Origin: Thermodesulfobacteriota bacterium
Lineage (GTDB): Bacteria; Desulfobacterota; Desulfobulbia; Desulfobulbales; SURF-16
DNA: 64,000 bases
Assembly: GCA_039714595.1 (NCBI GenBank)
Contig: JBDLJA010000003.1
Location: 64,312-128,311, forward strand
Direction: 5' to 3'
The position numbers and the translations under genes are program-made. A model generated the notes under the pieces. The model saw only the letters and a list, made by a program, of their open reading frames with translations. It had not been told where the DNA came from and ran no database searches. Of this stretch, positions 1 through 13,057 are shown in pieces. Position 1 is the stretch's first letter, and the number at the start of each line of letters is the position of its first letter.

Positions 1-1
1 T

Positions 2-3000
2 ACCGTTATCGTGGTGGGGCCGCACCTGCGTCTCCATCAGTGTGGTCTGCCCAAGAAGATGGCCCTGGAGCTCTTCAAGCCGTTTATCTATAACAAGCTG
101 GAGATGCATGGGCATGTGACCACCATCAAGAGCGCCCGTAAGATGGTGGAGAAGGGCTCCAAGGAGGTGTGGGACGTCCTGGACGATATCGTCCGGGAGT
201 ACCCCATTATCCTCAACCGCGCCCCCACCCTCCATCGCCTGGGTATGCAGGCCTTTGAGCCGGTACTCATCGAGGGTAAGGCGATCCAGCTCCACCCCTT
301 AGTCTGTGCCGCCTTTAACGCCGACTTTGACGGCGACCAGATGGCGGTCCATGTGCCGCTGACCGTGGAGGCGCAGATGGAGGCGCGGGTGTTGATGATG
401 TCCACCAACAACATCCTCTCGCCGGCCAACGGCGAGCCGATCATCGTGCCCAGTCAGGATATTGTCATCGGTCTCTACTACATGACCCGTGAGCGCCCCT
501 TTGTGAAGGGCCACGGCAAGGTGTTTGCCTCGGCGGACGAGGCGCGGATGGCCTATGATTATGAGACCATCGACCTCCAGGCCAAGATCAAGGTGCGGAT
601 GACGGTGGAGGAGGATGGTGAGGCCAAGAGCAAGCTGGTGGATACCACCATGGGCCGTATCCTGGTGGGTCAGCTCCTGCCGGCCTCCATCCCCTTTGCT
701 GAGGTGAATAAGGTCCTGACCAAGAAGGCGCTGGCCAAGCTCATTGACTTTACCTATCGTCATGCTGGCACCAAAGACACGGTCATCCTGGCCGATCGCC
801 TCAAGGATATGGGTTATGAGTTCGCCACCCGGGCCTCGGTATCGATCTGCATCAATGATATGGCCATTCCTTTAACCAAGGAGGAGGTCATTGGTAAGTC
901 AGAGACCGAGGTCCTGGACGTTGAGGACCAGTATGCCAATGGTCTGATTACCGCCGGTGAGAAGTATAACAAGGTGGTGGATATCTGGTCCAAGACCACG
1001 GACACGGTGGCTCAGGATATGATGGATGAGCTCAAGGTGGATTTCCTCCGCGACCCGGAGACGGGTAAGATGGTGGAGTCGCCTTCCTTCAACTCCATCT
1101 TCATGATGGCCGATTCCGGGGCCCGTGGCTCCAAGGATCAGATTCGTCAGCTGGCCGGCATGCGTGGTCTCATGGCCAAGCCGTCTGGCGCCATCATCGA
1201 GTCACCCATTAAGGCCAACTTCCGTGAGGGCTTATCGGTTCTTGAGTACTTCATCTCCACCCATGGTGCTCGCAAGGGTCTGGCCGATACGGCGCTCAAG
1301 ACCGCTAACTCCGGTTACCTCACCCGCCGTCTGGTGGATGTGGCCCAGGACTCCACCATCGTCGAGATCGATTGTAATACCCTGGACGGCATCCTGGCCG
1401 AGCCGCTGGTTGAGGGCGGTGAGATCATCCAGAAGATGGGTGAGCGTATCTTAGGCCGGGTGGCTCTGGATGATGTGGTGGACCCCTACTCCGGCGAGGT
1501 GCTGGTGGGGGCCAATGAGGAGTTCACCGAGGAGAAGGTGGCCATCATTGAAGAGGCGGGTATCGACCGGGTGATGATGCGTTCCGTTCTCACCTGCCGG
1601 GCCAAGCGCGGTGTCTGCGTTAAATGTTATGGCCGTGACCTGGGTCGGGGCCATATGGTTAATATCGGTGAGTCTGTGGGTATCATCGCCGCCCAGTCCA
1701 TTGGTGAGCCGGGCACCCAGCTGACCATGCGGACCTTCCATATCGGTGGTACGGCGTCGCGGAGTGTTGAACAGGCCGAGGTTCGGACCCAGAACGGTGG
1801 TTTCCTCAAGTCCAGTGATATCCACACCGTTACCAACGCCGAAGGCCATCAGGTGGTAATGAACCGTAACTCCGATATCTCCGTGGTGGGGCCCAAGGGC
1901 CGCGAGCGGGAGCGTTATCCGGTGCCCTACGGTTCGGTCCTCTACTTCAACGATGGGGATGAGATGGGCAAGGGCGATCTTATCGCTGATTGGGACCCCT
2001 ACACCATTCCCATCGTTACCGAGATTGAGGGTGTGGCCCGCTGGGAGGACATTAAAGAGGGTGCCTCCATGCAGGAGAAGGTTGACCCGGTGACCGGCAA
2101 GTCCAGTTTCGTGGTTATCGCCTCCAAGATTGGCCAGCTTAACCCGATGATCGCCCTGAAGACCGAAAAGGGCAAGCCGGTTAAACTGCCCCAGACCGGC
2201 ACCCCGGCCCGCTACTCACTGCCGGTGGGCGCGGTAATCGTGGTTGAAGACGGGGTGGAGGTGCAGGCGGGTACGGTCCTGGGCAAGATTCCGCGGGAGA
2301 CCACCAAGACCAAGGACATCACCGGTGGTCTGCCCCGGGTGGCCGAGCTCTTCGAGGTTAGAAAACCGAAGGAACTGGCGGTCATCTCCGAGATCGACGG
2401 CCGGGTGAGCTTTGGTAAGGAGCTCAAGGGCAAGCGCCGCCTGGTGGTTACCCCGGAACTTGGACAGCCTCGGGAGTATCTTATTCCTAAGGGCAAGCAT
2501 ATCGCTGTCCATGAGGGTGACTATGTGAAGGCGGGTGAGGCGATGATGGACGGGTCTCCTGATCCCAACGATATCCTGCGCGTCATGGGGGTTAAGGAGT
2601 TGGCCAAGTTTATGGTCAACGAGATCCAGGAGGTGTACCGTCTCCAGGGTGTTAAGATCAACGATAAGCATATTGAGACCATTGTCCGCCAGATGCTGCG
2701 CCGGGTCCAGATAACCGGGGTGGGTGATACCACCTTCATGCTGGGTGAGCAGGTGGAGTGGTGGCAGTTCCATGAGGAGAATGAGAAGGTCCTGCGTGAG
2801 GGAGGCAGGCCCGCTCAGGCGGAGCCGCTGCTCCTTGGTGTCACCAAGGCGTCGCTCTCCACCGACTCGTTCATCTCGGCCGCCTCTTTCCAGGAGACCA
2901 CCAAGGTGCTCACCAATGCGGCCATGGCCGGTCGTGTTGATGATCTCAGTGGCCTCAAGGAGAATGTCATCATGGGTCGGCTGGTGCCGGCCGGTACCGG

Positions 3001-3025
3001 GCTGAAGCGTTATCAGATGGGTTGA
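2..3025 (+). CDS. rpoC: DNA-directed RNA polymerase subunit beta' (C-terminal ~1004 aa; 5' end outside window)
   Basis: Reading frame open from the window edge. Contains the catalytic [12 protein letters not shown] motif. Followed by rpsL-rpsG-fusA-tuf as in the conserved rpoBC/str arrangement. Confidence 0.98.
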   Translation, partial: TVIVVGPHLRLHQCGLPKKMALELFKPFIYNKLEMHGHVTTIKSARKMVEKGSKEVWDVLDDIVREYPIILNRAPTLHRLGMQAFEPVLIEGKAIQLHPLVCAAFNADFDGDQMAVHVPLTVEAQMEARVLMMSTNNILSPANGEPIIVPSQDIVIGLYYMTRERPFVKGHGKVFASADEARMAYDYETIDLQAKIKVRMTVEEDGEAKSKLVDTTMGRILVGQLLPASIPFAEVNKVLTKKALAKLIDFTYRHAGTKDTVILADRLKDMGYEFATRASVSICINDMAIPLTKEEVIGKSETEVLDVEDQYANGLITAGEKYNKVVDIWSKTTDTVAQDMMDELKVDFLRDPETGKMVESPSFNSIFMMADSGARGSKDQIRQLAGMRGLMAKPSGAIIESPIKANFREGLSVLEYFISTHGARKGLADTALKTANSGYLTRRLVDVAQDSTIVEIDCNTLDGILAEPLVEGGEIIQKMGERILGRVALDDVVDPYSGEVLVGANEEFTEEKVAIIEEAGIDRVMMRSVLTCRAKRGVCVKCYGRDLGRGHMVNIGESVGIIAAQSIGEPGTQLTMRTFHIGGTASRSVEQAEVRTQNGGFLKSSDIHTVTNAEGHQVVMNRNSDISVVGPKGRERERYPVPYGSVLYFNDGDEMGKGDLIADWDPYTIPIVTEIEGVARWEDIKEGASMQEKVDPVTGKSSFVVIASKIGQLNPMIALKTEKGKPVKLPQTGTPARYSLPVGAVIVVEDGVEVQAGTVLGKIPRETTKTKDITGGLPRVAELFEVRKPKELAVISEIDGRVSFGKELKGKRRLVVTPELGQPREYLIPKGKHIAVHEGDYVKAGEAMMDGSPDPNDILRVMGVKELAKFMVNEIQEVYRLQGVKINDKHIETIVRQMLRRVQITGVGDTTFMLGEQVEWWQFHEENEKVLREGGRPAQAEPLLLGVTKASLSTDSFISAASFQETTKVLTNAAMAGRVDDLSGLKENVIMGRLVPAGTGLKRYQMG

Positions 3026-3041
3026 TGAGTTTTTTTCATCC

Positions 3042-3072
3042 TTGACATCGCCCCGGTGTTCGGCTATATAAT
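3042..3072 (+). promoter_or_regulatory. sigma70-type promoter candidate for rpsL-rpsG
   Basis: TTGACA at 3042-3047, a 17-nt spacer, then TATATA at 3065-3070 (overlapping TATAAT at 3067-3072). Lies about 50 nt upstream of the rpsL ATG. Confidence 0.5.
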
Positions 3073-3121
3073 CTGTTTCTCGAAACCAAGTAGGTCGTAA
3101 ATTTTATAAGGAGCTTTAGCA

Positions 3122-3493
3122 ATGCCCACCATCAATCAATTGGTCCGGCAAGGCCGTAAAAAATCGGTAAAGCGGACAAATACGCCCGCCCTCCAGGCAT
3201 GTCCCCAACGACGTGGGGTGTGCACCAGGGTCTATACAACTACCCCCAAGAAGCCCAACTCGGCCTTGCGTAAGGTAGCCAGGGTTCGCCTGACCAATGG
3301 AATTGAGGTTACCTCCTATATTCCTGGTATCGGCCACAACCTGCAGGAACACTCCGTTGTTCTTATCCGTGGCGGTCGTGTAAAGGATCTTCCCGGTGTC
3401 CGCTACCATATTATCAGGGGTACCTTGGACACCTTAGGTGTATCCGACCGTCGTCAGGGTCGTTCTAAATATGGGGCCAAACGGCCTAAATAA
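3122..3493 (+). CDS. rpsL: 30S ribosomal protein S12
   Basis: 123 aa with the canonical [15 protein letters not shown]-terminus. AAGGAG RBS upstream. Confidence 0.98.
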   Translation: MPTINQLVRQGRKKSVKRTNTPALQACPQRRGVCTRVYTTTPKKPNSALRKVARVRLTNGIEVTSYIPGIGHNLQEHSVVLIRGGRVKDLPGVRYHIIRGTLDTLGVSDRRQGRSKYGAKRPK

Positions 3494-3507
3494 GAGGATA
3501 ATTTAAC

Positions 3508-3981
3508 ATGCCGAGACGTAGATTAGTCGCTAAGCGTCAGATTGAGCCCGATGCTCGCTATAATTCCGTTCTGGTCTCCAAGTTCATCAATTGCCTGATG
3601 AGCCAGGGTAAGAAGAGTGCGGCCCGTAAGATTTTCTATGATGCCATGGAGATCGTTGATAATCGTGTCACAGAAGATGAGCCTTTTACCGTTTTCGAGA
3701 AGGCCATGGAAAACGTCCGGCCCCGGGTTGAGGTTAAGTCCCGTCGGGTTGGTGGTGCCACCTATCAGGTGCCCAACGAGGTGCGTCCTGAGCGTCGTAA
3801 CGCCTTGGCCATGCGCTGGCTGGTTAGCATGGCCCGGGCCCGTCACGGTCGTTCCATGGCGGAAAAGCTGGCCGCTGAGTTTTCTGATGCGTACAACGGC
3901 CGTGGCGCCGCTGTAAAGAAACGTGAGGACACCCACCGTATGGCTGAGGCCAATAAGGCCTTTGCCCACTATCGCTGGTAG
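3508..3981 (+). CDS. rpsG: 30S ribosomal protein S7
   Basis: 157 aa starting MPRRR, ending HYRW. Conserved str-operon position. Confidence 0.98.
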   Translation: MPRRRLVAKRQIEPDARYNSVLVSKFINCLMSQGKKSAARKIFYDAMEIVDNRVTEDEPFTVFEKAMENVRPRVEVKSRRVGGATYQVPNEVRPERRNALAMRWLVSMARARHGRSMAEKLAAEFSDAYNGRGAAVKKREDTHRMAEANKAFAHYRW

Positions 3982-4018
3982 GCCCTTACCGGCCTCAGAC
4001 AGCGGGTGGATGGAGTTG

Positions 4019-4054
4019 ATATCGGCTTTGCCTCGGCAAGGCCGATATTTTTTT
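4019..4054 (+). terminator. Rho-independent terminator/attenuator-like hairpin after rpsG
   Basis: 14-nt arms ATATCGGCTTTGCC / GGCAAGGCCGATAT with one mismatch, followed by a T7 run. Confidence 0.5.
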
Positions 4055-4063
4055 GGGAATTCG

Positions 4064-4092
4064 TTGACAAGGGCCCCCATTTTCGTTATAAA
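4064..4092 (+). promoter_or_regulatory. sigma70-type promoter candidate for fusA-tuf
   Basis: TTGACA at 4064-4069, an exact 17-nt spacer, then TATAAA at 4087-4092. Lies about 70 nt upstream of the fusA ATG. Confidence 0.5.
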
Positions 4093-4160
4093 CTCATCTT
4101 TTCTTGTACCGGTGATCTGTTGACCTGTTGCTGGTTCAGGGGTGTTGAGGACTGATATTT

Positions 4161-6242
4161 ATGGCAGGCAACATCTCCCTGGCCCGCATACGCAATATGG
4201 GAATAATGGCCCATATAGACGCGGGAAAGACCACAACCACCGAGCGCATACTGTATTACACCGGTCGTTCCCATAAGATCGGCGAGGTTCATGATGGTGC
4301 CGCCATCATGGACTGGATGGAGCAGGAGCAGGAGCGGGGGATAACCATTACCTCTGCTGCCACTACCTGCCAGTGGCAAGGACATCAGATAAATATTATC
4401 GATACCCCCGGGCATGTGGATTTTACCCTGGAGGTTGAAAGATGTCTGCGGGTGTTGGATGGGGTTGTCGCTGTCTTTTGTGCGGTGGGTGGTGTTGAGC
4501 CCCAGTCAGAGACGGTGTGGCGCCAGGCTGATCATTACGCCATTCCCCGCATAGCCTTTGTGAACAAGATGGATCGCGTCGGCGCCGATTTTGGCCGCTG
4601 CGTGACCATGATGGCGGAAAGACTGGGGGCTAACCCCGTGCCCATCCAGATACCGGTGGGTGCTGAAGAAAATTTCCGCGGCGTCATCGACCTGGTCAGC
4701 GCCAAGATGCTGACCTTTGATGAGGCCACTCAGGGATCGGAAGTTCTCTCCCAAGAGATCCCGGATGAATTCCTAGAAGAGTTCACGGCTGCACGTATGA
4801 CACTCCTGGAGAAGTTGGCCGACTTCGATGAGGATGTCATGGAAAAATACCTCGAAGAGGAACCGATCGGTGAGGCAGAGATTATCTCGGCCGTCCGGTC
4901 TGCGACAATAAACCAGGAGATAATCCCGGTTTTATGTGGCTCAGCCTTTAAAAATAAGGGGGTCCAACCCCTGCTTGATGCCGTGGTCGCCTATCTGCCA
5001 TCCCCCAAGGATGTCCATGATGTGGAGGGCCATGACAAAAAGGGTGAGACCATTACCCGGCCCACGGGTGCCAGCGAGAAGTTCTGTGGCCTGGCCTTTA
5101 AGCTTGTAGCTGACCCCTTTGTGGGTATTCTGGCTTTCTTAAGGGTCTACACAGGCAAGCTTAAGACTGGCGACAAGGTCTTCAACCCGCTGCAGGGCAA
5201 GCAGGAGAAGATTGGCCGTATCCTTAAGCTGCACGCCAATAAGCGTGAAGAGGTTAAGGAGCTGGGTCCCGGTGATATCGGTGCAGTGGTTGGTCTCCGC
5301 TATACCACCACCGGAGAGACCTTGTGCGCCACCGGGGACTATATTGTTCTCGATCAGATGGATTTTCCGGAACCGGTTATCTCCATCGCCATTGAGCCCA
5401 AGGGTAAGGCGGACGAGGAAAAGCTTTTTGCCAGCCTTGATAAACTTGCCCTGGAAGATCCATCCTTCCGGGTGAGTAACGACCCGGAGACAGGTCAGAT
5501 GTTGATCTCAGGGATGGGCGAACTGCACCTGGAGGTCATTGTTGACCGTCTCCTGCGGGAGTTCAAGGTGGGGGCGAATGTTGGTAAGCCCCAGGTCGCC
5601 TACCAAGAGACCATTACCGCTGAGGGGCGAGGCGAGAATGAATTTGTCCAGCAGACGGGACAGAGTCAATTCGCCCATGTGACCCTGCAGGTTGCCCCGG
5701 GAGCAGCGGGGAGTGGTCGAGAGTTTATTAATGATGTGGCGGAGGATACTATCCCGCCCCAATTCATTGAAGCGGTTGAGAGAGGCGTTCACTCCGCCCT
5801 TGATTCCGGGGTGTTGCTGGGCTTTCCGGTGACCGATGTCCAGGTTAACCTGGTGGGTGGATCCTATGACGAAGAGGATTCAACTGAACAGGCATTTGGC
5901 GTGGCCACGGCCATGGCCCTGCGCGAGGCGATGCTGGGCGCTGAACCAGTTCTCTTGGAACCTTTAATGGCCCTGGAGGTCTTAGTTCCGGAGAACCATG
6001 TGGGCGAGGTGATCTCTGATCTCAACGCCCGCCGGGCCAGGATCAACGGCATGGATAGTCGTGATAACAGTATCCAGGCCATTGATGCCGAGGCACCGCT
6101 TGCCGAGATGTTTGGTTATTCCACTGATTTGCGATCAGCCAGTCAGGGGCGGGCCAACTTTACCATGCAGTTTGCCCGTTATGCCCGGGTGCCTGAGAAG
6201 ATCGCCACTAAGATCATTCAAAAGGTAAAAGGCTTAATTTAA
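4161..6242 (+). CDS. fusA: Elongation factor G
   Basis: 693 aa with G motifs [17 protein letters not shown] and NKMD. Sits between rpsG and tuf. Confidence 0.96.
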   Translation: MAGNISLARIRNMGIMAHIDAGKTTTTERILYYTGRSHKIGEVHDGAAIMDWMEQEQERGITITSAATTCQWQGHQINIIDTPGHVDFTLEVERCLRVLDGVVAVFCAVGGVEPQSETVWRQADHYAIPRIAFVNKMDRVGADFGRCVTMMAERLGANPVPIQIPVGAEENFRGVIDLVSAKMLTFDEATQGSEVLSQEIPDEFLEEFTAARMTLLEKLADFDEDVMEKYLEEEPIGEAEIISAVRSATINQEIIPVLCGSAFKNKGVQPLLDAVVAYLPSPKDVHDVEGHDKKGETITRPTGASEKFCGLAFKLVADPFVGILAFLRVYTGKLKTGDKVFNPLQGKQEKIGRILKLHANKREEVKELGPGDIGAVVGLRYTTTGETLCATGDYIVLDQMDFPEPVISIAIEPKGKADEEKLFASLDKLALEDPSFRVSNDPETGQMLISGMGELHLEVIVDRLLREFKVGANVGKPQVAYQETITAEGRGENEFVQQTGQSQFAHVTLQVAPGAAGSGREFINDVAEDTIPPQFIEAVERGVHSALDSGVLLGFPVTDVQVNLVGGSYDEEDSTEQAFGVATAMALREAMLGAEPVLLEPLMALEVLVPENHVGEVISDLNARRARINGMDSRDNSIQAIDAEAPLAEMFGYSTDLRSASQGRANFTMQFARYARVPEKIATKIIQKVKGLI

Positions 6243-6335
6243 ATAGGTGTGCCCCATCTGTTCCTGGGGGTTGTGACATATTAAAGTGATTGCCCCGCAA
6301 CCAGGGCTCTAACGATCTTAAAAAGAGGCAAGGAT

Positions 6336-7526
<1,191 letters not shown>

Positions 7527-7530
7527 CTTA

Positions 7531-7570
7531 GAAGTAAAGAAGGTAGAGGAAGGTAGACGAAGGTAGAGAA
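7531..7570 (+). repeat. Tandem 10-nt repeat array (4 units) in the tuf-rpsJ spacer
   Basis: GAAGTAAAGA AGGTAGAGGA AGGTAGACGA AGGTAGAGAA in exact 10-nt register, starting immediately after the tuf stop. Confidence 0.7.
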
Positions 7571-7633
7571 GTTGGTCGCATGGCTTCTTTACATTCTGCA
7601 ACTTCCTCTCCATTCTAAATAATAGGAATCCCC

Positions 7634-7945
7634 ATGATTCAGACACAGAAAATTCGTATCAGGTTGAAGGCGTACGATCATAAATTACTTGATCAGTCCA
7701 CCTTGGAGATCGTCGATACCGCCAAGCGTACCGGCGCTGCCATTGCCGGCCCCATCCCCCTGCCTACCTCTATAAATAAGGTATGTGTTTTGCGCTCGCC
7801 CCACGTAGACAAGAAGTCACGGGAGCAGTTCGAGATGAGAACACATCGCAGGTTGTTGGATATTCTCGAGCCCACCCAGCAGACCATTGATTCCTTGATG
7901 AAACTGGAACTCTCTGCTGGTGTTGATGTTGAAATCAAGCTCTAG
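7634..7945 (+). CDS. rpsJ: 30S ribosomal protein S10
   Basis: 103 aa, [16 protein letters not shown]. First gene of the S10 operon. Confidence 0.98.
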   Translation: MIQTQKIRIRLKAYDHKLLDQSTLEIVDTAKRTGAAIAGPIPLPTSINKVCVLRSPHVDKKSREQFEMRTHRRLLDILEPTQQTIDSLMKLELSAGVDVEIKL

Positions 7946-7997
7946 AACGGTCCTGTTTTCAGGAGACCATTTAAGAGCTTAGGATGAAGTGATTACT

Positions 7998-8627
7998 ATG
8001 CCACAGACAATTGGAATATTAGGAAAAAAGGTCGGCATGACCAGGATGTACTCTGAAAACGGCAGCGCCATGGGTGTTACCGTTGTTGAGGCCGGCCCCT
8101 GTTATGTCCTGCAGAAGAAGAGCGTCGCCAAGGAGGGTTACAATGCCATCCAGGTGGGCTTTAGTGAGAAGAAGGAGAGCCGGGTGAATAAGCCGGCAGC
8201 CGGCCATTTTAAGAGTGGTGGCCAGGGTTCCTTTTACCACGTAAAGGAGTTCCGCGTTGCCGATCCGGAGGAGTATGAGCTGGGTCAAAAGATCCTGGCC
8301 TCTGATCTCTTTAAGGTCGGTGACCTGGTTGATGTGACCGGAACTACAAAAGGAAAGGGCTTCCAGGGTGTTGTTCGCCGTTATGGTTTTGCCGGCGGCC
8401 CTAAGACCCATGGCTCCATGTTCCATCGTCGTCCAGGTTCCATCGGCTGCTCCGCTTGGCCTGGTCGTGTTGTGAAGGGTAAGAAGTTGCCGGGTCGTAT
8501 GGGTGGCAAGGTGGTAACCAAGAAGAACCTGACTATTATTGATATACGCGAAGACGCAAATGTCATTGTTCTCAAAGGTTCACTACCTGGCGCCGATTCC
8601 GGTGTTGTTCAGGTTTACACTAAATAA
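7998..8627 (+). CDS. rplC: 50S ribosomal protein L3
   Basis: GILGKKVGMTRMY motif. I prefer the ATG at 7998 over the GTG at 7989 given by the ORF track. Confidence 0.95.
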   Translation: MPQTIGILGKKVGMTRMYSENGSAMGVTVVEAGPCYVLQKKSVAKEGYNAIQVGFSEKKESRVNKPAAGHFKSGGQGSFYHVKEFRVADPEEYELGQKILASDLFKVGDLVDVTGTTKGKGFQGVVRRYGFAGGPKTHGSMFHRRPGSIGCSAWPGRVVKGKKLPGRMGGKVVTKKNLTIIDIREDANVIVLKGSLPGADSGVVQVYTK

Positions 8628-8677
8628 TTCGGCTGGCTGGAAATCAGAGTCAGGTAAACTGTAAGGGAGCCGCGAAA

Positions 8678-9301
8678 ATGGCCGAAGCTCAAGTATATAA
8701 TACAGAAAATAAGGTAGTGGGGGACATCACGTTAAATGATGATCTCTTCGCTGTTGATGTTAAGACCCATATCCTGCATGATATTGTCCGCATGCAACGG
8801 GCCAATCGTCGTTCCGGTAATGCCAGCACCAAGACCCGCGTCGAGGTGGCAGGATCCGGAGCTAAGCCCTGGCGTCAGAAGGGCACAGGACGGGCCAGGG
8901 CCGGTAACAGGCGCTCACCCATCTGGCGTGGTGGCGGTATCACTTTTGGACCGAAACCCCGTGATTACAGCTATAAGCTGCCCAAGAAGGTTCGCCGTCA
9001 GGGCCTGAAGATGGCCCTGTCAACCCGTCTGGCTGAAGAGAAACTGGTTGTTCTTGACGCCTTTGAGTTGTCCGGGATTAAGACCAAGGATTTTCAAAAG
9101 GTTATTGACAGCCTCAGCGTTGATAATGGTCTGATCATTATTGCCGACCATGATGAGGTGCTGGAAAAATCATCCCGCAATATTCCTAATGTCAAGGTTC
9201 TGCCGGTTGCTGGCTTGAATGTTTATGATATTCTCCTTCATAAAAAACTCATTGTAGTTCAGTCCAGTATTGCCAAACTTGAGGAGAGATTATTGTCATG
9301 A
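8678..9301 (+). CDS. rplD: 50S ribosomal protein L4
   Basis: 207 aa, GSGAKPWRQKGTGRARAG motif. Confidence 0.97.
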   Translation: MAEAQVYNTENKVVGDITLNDDLFAVDVKTHILHDIVRMQRANRRSGNASTKTRVEVAGSGAKPWRQKGTGRARAGNRRSPIWRGGGITFGPKPRDYSYKLPKKVRRQGLKMALSTRLAEEKLVVLDAFELSGIKTKDFQKVIDSLSVDNGLIIIADHDEVLEKSSRNIPNVKVLPVAGLNVYDILLHKKLIVVQSSIAKLEERLLS

Positions 9302-9588
9302 GTAACGTATATACCGTAATTAAAAAGGCATGCCTCACTGAGAAGGGCATGACTCTCCAGGAAATGGACAATCAGATCACCTTCAAGGTAGATTCCCAGG
9401 CAAATAAGATGGAAATCAAAACTGCCGTGGAGAAATTGTTCAATGTGCAAGTTACCAAGGTCAGGACTGCCAATATGACCGGTAAGAAGAAGAGAATGGG
9501 CAAGCATGCCGGTCAGCGTTCTGACTGGAAAAAGGCTGTCGTCTCTCTTGCCGAGGGTAACTCCATAGATTTCCTTGACGAACTTTAA
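9298..9588 (+). CDS. rplW: 50S ribosomal protein L23
   Basis: 96 aa. ATGA overlap with rplD. Conserved order. Confidence 0.96.
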   Translation: MSNVYTVIKKACLTEKGMTLQEMDNQITFKVDSQANKMEIKTAVEKLFNVQVTKVRTANMTGKKKRMGKHAGQRSDWKKAVVSLAEGNSIDFLDEL

Positions 9589-9723
9589 ACCGCGTTCCAT
9601 CGCCAGTTCTACAGTTCATTAAGATGATAATGCTTCTCTAGCCCCAATGGCACTAACACCCCCGGCATTTTTCGCCTGCCAGTTAGAGCCAGACGTGAAG
9701 CAAAATAAATATTGGGATAAAAA

Positions 9724-10548
9724 ATGGCTACTTTAAAGACCTATAAACCTACATCCCCAGGTAAAAGGAATTACATCTCCATCCTTGACCCGGAACTCTC
9801 AAAGAATGGACCCGAAAAGAGTCTGCTTCGCGCCAAGAAGAGCTCCGGAGGTCGGAATAACTATGGTCGGGTAACGGCCCGCCATAAGGGTGGTGGTCAC
9901 AAGCGTAAGTATCGCGTTATTGATTTTAAGCGTGATAAGGTTGATATCCCCGCCCGGGTTGCCAGTATAGAGTATGACCCCAACCGCACCGCTAATATTG
10001 CCCTGCTGTTCTACAAGGATGGTGAGAAGCGCTACATCCTCTCCCCCCACGGCATTAAGGTTGGTGATACTGTTGAGGCCGGTGACTCGGTGGATATCAA
10101 GCATGGCAACTGCCTGCCCATGGCCAATATTCCCTTAGGTACTATTATTCATAATGTTGAGATGAAGATAGGCAAGGGTGCCCAGCTGGTGCGCAGTGCC
10201 GGTACCGCAGCTCAGTTGATGGCCAAGGAAGGTGAGTATGTCCTGGTCAAGCTGCCCTCTGGCGAGGTTCGCAAATTTCATAAGAAATGCCGGGCCTGTA
10301 TCGGCCAGATAGGAAATATCCTCCACGACAGCCAGAAGCTTGGCAAGGCGGGCCGCAGTCGCTGGAAGGGACGTCGTCCCAAGGTGCGTGGTGTGGCGAT
10401 GAATCCCCATGACCATCCCATGGGCGGTGGTGAGGGCAAGAGTTCCGGTGGCCGTCATCCCTGTACTCCTTGGGGTGTTCCCACCAAGGGCTACAAGACC
10501 AGAACCAACAAGTCTTCTGACAAATATATCGTTAAGAAACGTTCATAA
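9724..10548 (+). CDS. rplB: 50S ribosomal protein L2
   Basis: 274 aa, [10 protein letters not shown] and GGGEGK motifs. Confidence 0.98.
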   Translation: MATLKTYKPTSPGKRNYISILDPELSKNGPEKSLLRAKKSSGGRNNYGRVTARHKGGGHKRKYRVIDFKRDKVDIPARVASIEYDPNRTANIALLFYKDGEKRYILSPHGIKVGDTVEAGDSVDIKHGNCLPMANIPLGTIIHNVEMKIGKGAQLVRSAGTAAQLMAKEGEYVLVKLPSGEVRKFHKKCRACIGQIGNILHDSQKLGKAGRSRWKGRRPKVRGVAMNPHDHPMGGGEGKSSGGRHPCTPWGVPTKGYKTRTNKSSDKYIVKKRS

Positions 10549-10562
10549 ATGGTGATTAGCTA

Positions 10563-10841
10563 ATGTCTCGTTCAATCAAAAAGGGGCCTTTTATCGATGG
10601 CCATTTAATGAAGAAGGTTCAGAGTGCTATTGAAACTGAATCCCGGAAGGTAATCAAAACTTGGTCACGTCGTTCAGCTATCTTTCCAGAGATGGTTGGC
10701 CTGACCATCGCGGTTCATAACGGCCGCAAGTTTATTCCGGTTTTTATATCTGAGAATATGGTGGGCCAGAAACTGGGAGAGTTTTCTCCCACCCGCACCT
10801 ATTACGGTCACACATCCGATAGAAAGGGTAGTCGTTTATAG
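10563..10841 (+). CDS. rpsS: 30S ribosomal protein S19
   Basis: 92 aa, [12 protein letters not shown]. Confidence 0.98.
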   Translation: MSRSIKKGPFIDGHLMKKVQSAIETESRKVIKTWSRRSAIFPEMVGLTIAVHNGRKFIPVFISENMVGQKLGEFSPTRTYYGHTSDRKGSRL

Positions 10842-10960
10842 TCCCCCCCCTTGGCCCAATTTGCTGTTTAACGGGTTGGTTGATGATTAAGTAGTGGTTG
10901 GTTTGATAAAACAAGTGATTTGCCTTGGAATAGCCAGGGAATATTGCTGGAGATATTGAT

Positions 10961-11293
10961 ATGGAAGCAAAGGCCAGAGCCAGATTTATCCGGATTTCGC
11001 CCCAGAAGGCCCGTCTAGTTGCCGACATGATCCGTGGCAAGCAGGTGGAGGAGGCGGTTACCACCCTCAGGTTCACTCCTAAGAAGGGGGCCCGGGTCCT
11101 GCGTAAGGTCCTGGAGTCCGCCATCGCCAATGCCAGTCAGAATGATGCCATTGATGTGGATAACCTGTTTGTTAAGACTATTTTTGTTGATGGCGGTCCC
11201 ATGTTAAAGAGGATACGTCCTCGGGCCATGGGCCGGGCAACTAAAATTTTGAAGAGAACAAGTCACATTACCATTGTGCTTGATGAGCAATAG
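10961..11293 (+). CDS. rplV: 50S ribosomal protein L22
   Basis: 110 aa, [16 protein letters not shown]. Confidence 0.97.
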   Translation: MEAKARARFIRISPQKARLVADMIRGKQVEEAVTTLRFTPKKGARVLRKVLESAIANASQNDAIDVDNLFVKTIFVDGGPMLKRIRPRAMGRATKILKRTSHITIVLDEQ

Positions 11294-11335
11294 AAATCAT
11301 GGTCTGCAGCGCATGCTGCGGTATGGAGGAATGTT

Positions 11336-11983
11336 TTGGGCCAAAAAGTTAATCCCATAGGTCTACGACTGAATATCACCCGGTCCTGGGAATCAAATTG
11401 GTATGCAGACAAGGATTATGCCAGCAATCTGATCGAAGATCAGAAGCTCCGCAAGTTTCTTAAAAAGCGGCTCTATCATGCTGGTATTTCCAAGATGCAC
11501 ATAGCCCGTACCGGTGACAAGGTACGCATAACCCTGCATACTGCCCGTCCCGGTATTGTTATCGGCAAGAAGGGTGTGGAGATCGAGGCCCTGAAGCGTG
11601 ACCTTGAGCGGTTGGTCAAAAAGCCGTGCCTGGTCGACATCCAGGAGGTCAGGCGTCCTGAGGCCGATGCCCAGCTGGTGGCGGAGAATATCGCCCTCCA
11701 GCTTGAGCGGAGGGTGGCTTTTCGCCGGGCAATGAAAAAGGCTGTAAATATCGGCTTGAAGTTCGGGGCCAAAGGTATTAAAATAGCCTGCTCTGGTCGC
11801 CTGGGTGGCGCTGAAATGGCTCGCCGTGAGTGGGTTCGTGAGGGACGTGTACCCCTCCATACCCTGCGCGCCGATATTGATTATGGTTTTGCCGAGGCAG
11901 CCACCACCTACGGAATCATTGGCGTCAAGGTCTGGATTTTCAATGGTGAGGTCTTGAAAGAAACTGATTATGTCGAAGAGTAG
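11336..11983 (+). CDS. rpsC: 30S ribosomal protein S3
   Basis: 215 aa, [14 protein letters not shown] start. Confidence 0.97.
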   Translation: MGQKVNPIGLRLNITRSWESNWYADKDYASNLIEDQKLRKFLKKRLYHAGISKMHIARTGDKVRITLHTARPGIVIGKKGVEIEALKRDLERLVKKPCLVDIQEVRRPEADAQLVAENIALQLERRVAFRRAMKKAVNIGLKFGAKGIKIACSGRLGGAEMARREWVREGRVPLHTLRADIDYGFAEAATTYGIIGVKVWIFNGEVLKETDYVEE

Positions 11984-12072
11984 AGACTGCTCTTTTTAAT
12001 AAAGCGATCACTCCATTGCCGGATTGGTACAGATAACAAGGACACAGATCTTTGTGACGTGCAGGTGATTAA

Positions 12073-12492
12073 ATGCTGAGTCCCAAGAAAGTAAAACATA
12101 GAAAAGTGATGAAGGGCCGTCTGCGTGGTGAAGCGCAACGTGGCTCTAAAATCAGCTTTGGCGATTTTGCCCTCAAGGCCCAGGCCCGGGGTAAGATGAC
12201 CGCCCGTCAGATCGAGGCTGCCCGTATTACCATTAATCGGACCATGAAGAGAACGGGTCAGATGTGGATCAGGGTATTCCCCGACAAGCCGATTACCAAA
12301 AAACCGGCTGAAACTCGGATGGGTAAGGGTAAAGGTAGTCCTGAATATTGGGTGGCCCAGGTTAAACCAGGTCGCATCCTCTATGAAGTTCATGGTGTTG
12401 ATGAAGAACTGGCCCGTAAGGCCCTGCGTCTGGCCGGCAACAAACTGCCCTTTGCCACTAAGGTAATTTCCAAAAGGGAAACATTGATATGA
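12073..12492 (+). CDS. rplP: 50S ribosomal protein L16
   Basis: 139 aa, [11 protein letters not shown]. Confidence 0.98.
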   Translation: MLSPKKVKHRKVMKGRLRGEAQRGSKISFGDFALKAQARGKMTARQIEAARITINRTMKRTGQMWIRVFPDKPITKKPAETRMGKGKGSPEYWVAQVKPGRILYEVHGVDEELARKALRLAGNKLPFATKVISKRETLI

Positions 12493-12683
12493 AAACCTCT
12501 GAAATCCGTGATCTGAGCATTGACGACCTGCGCGCCAAGTCTCTGGAGATCTCTGAGGAACTGTGCAAGCTGAAGATTCAGCATTCCATTCGTCCCCTGG
12601 AGAATCCGGCCCGTCTGAAGCAGTTGCGTAAGAATGTGGCAAGATTACAAACTATAATTACTGAAAAACAGCAAGCTAGCTGA
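12489..12683 (+). CDS. rpmC: 50S ribosomal protein L29
   Basis: 64 aa. ATGA overlap with rplP. Conserved order. Confidence 0.95.
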   Translation: MKTSEIRDLSIDDLRAKSLEISEELCKLKIQHSIRPLENPARLKQLRKNVARLQTIITEKQQAS

Positions 12684-12727
12684 TATTTGCGGAGACCTCC
12701 CTCATAGGTAACAGGGTAAGGAATATT

Positions 12728-12988
12728 ATGTCTGAGACTAAATCTAATAAGAAGACCCTCATCGGCACTGTTGTCAGCGATAAAATGGACAAGACGGTTG
12801 TGGTTCGTACCGAGCGGCAATTCAAGCATAAGCTTTATGGTAAGTATATGCGGCGTAACAGTCAGTATATGGCCCACGACCCTTCTGAAAGTGCCGCTAT
12901 TGGCGATCGCATCCTGATTCAGGAATGTCGGCCGCTCAGCAAGCATAAACGCTGGCGGGTTGTCAAAGTTGTTGAGAAGGCAGTCTAA
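12728..12988 (+). CDS. rpsQ: 30S ribosomal protein S17
   Basis: 86 aa, LIGTVVSDKMDKTVVV. Confidence 0.97.
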   Translation: MSETKSNKKTLIGTVVSDKMDKTVVVRTERQFKHKLYGKYMRRNSQYMAHDPSESAAIGDRILIQECRPLSKHKRWRVVKVVEKAV

Positions 12989-13057
12989 ACTGTCTTTTCT
13001 CTCCTCGATCTTCAGGTCCATATCCTCCCCCTGATGAGATAAAGAGTTGGTGAAATC

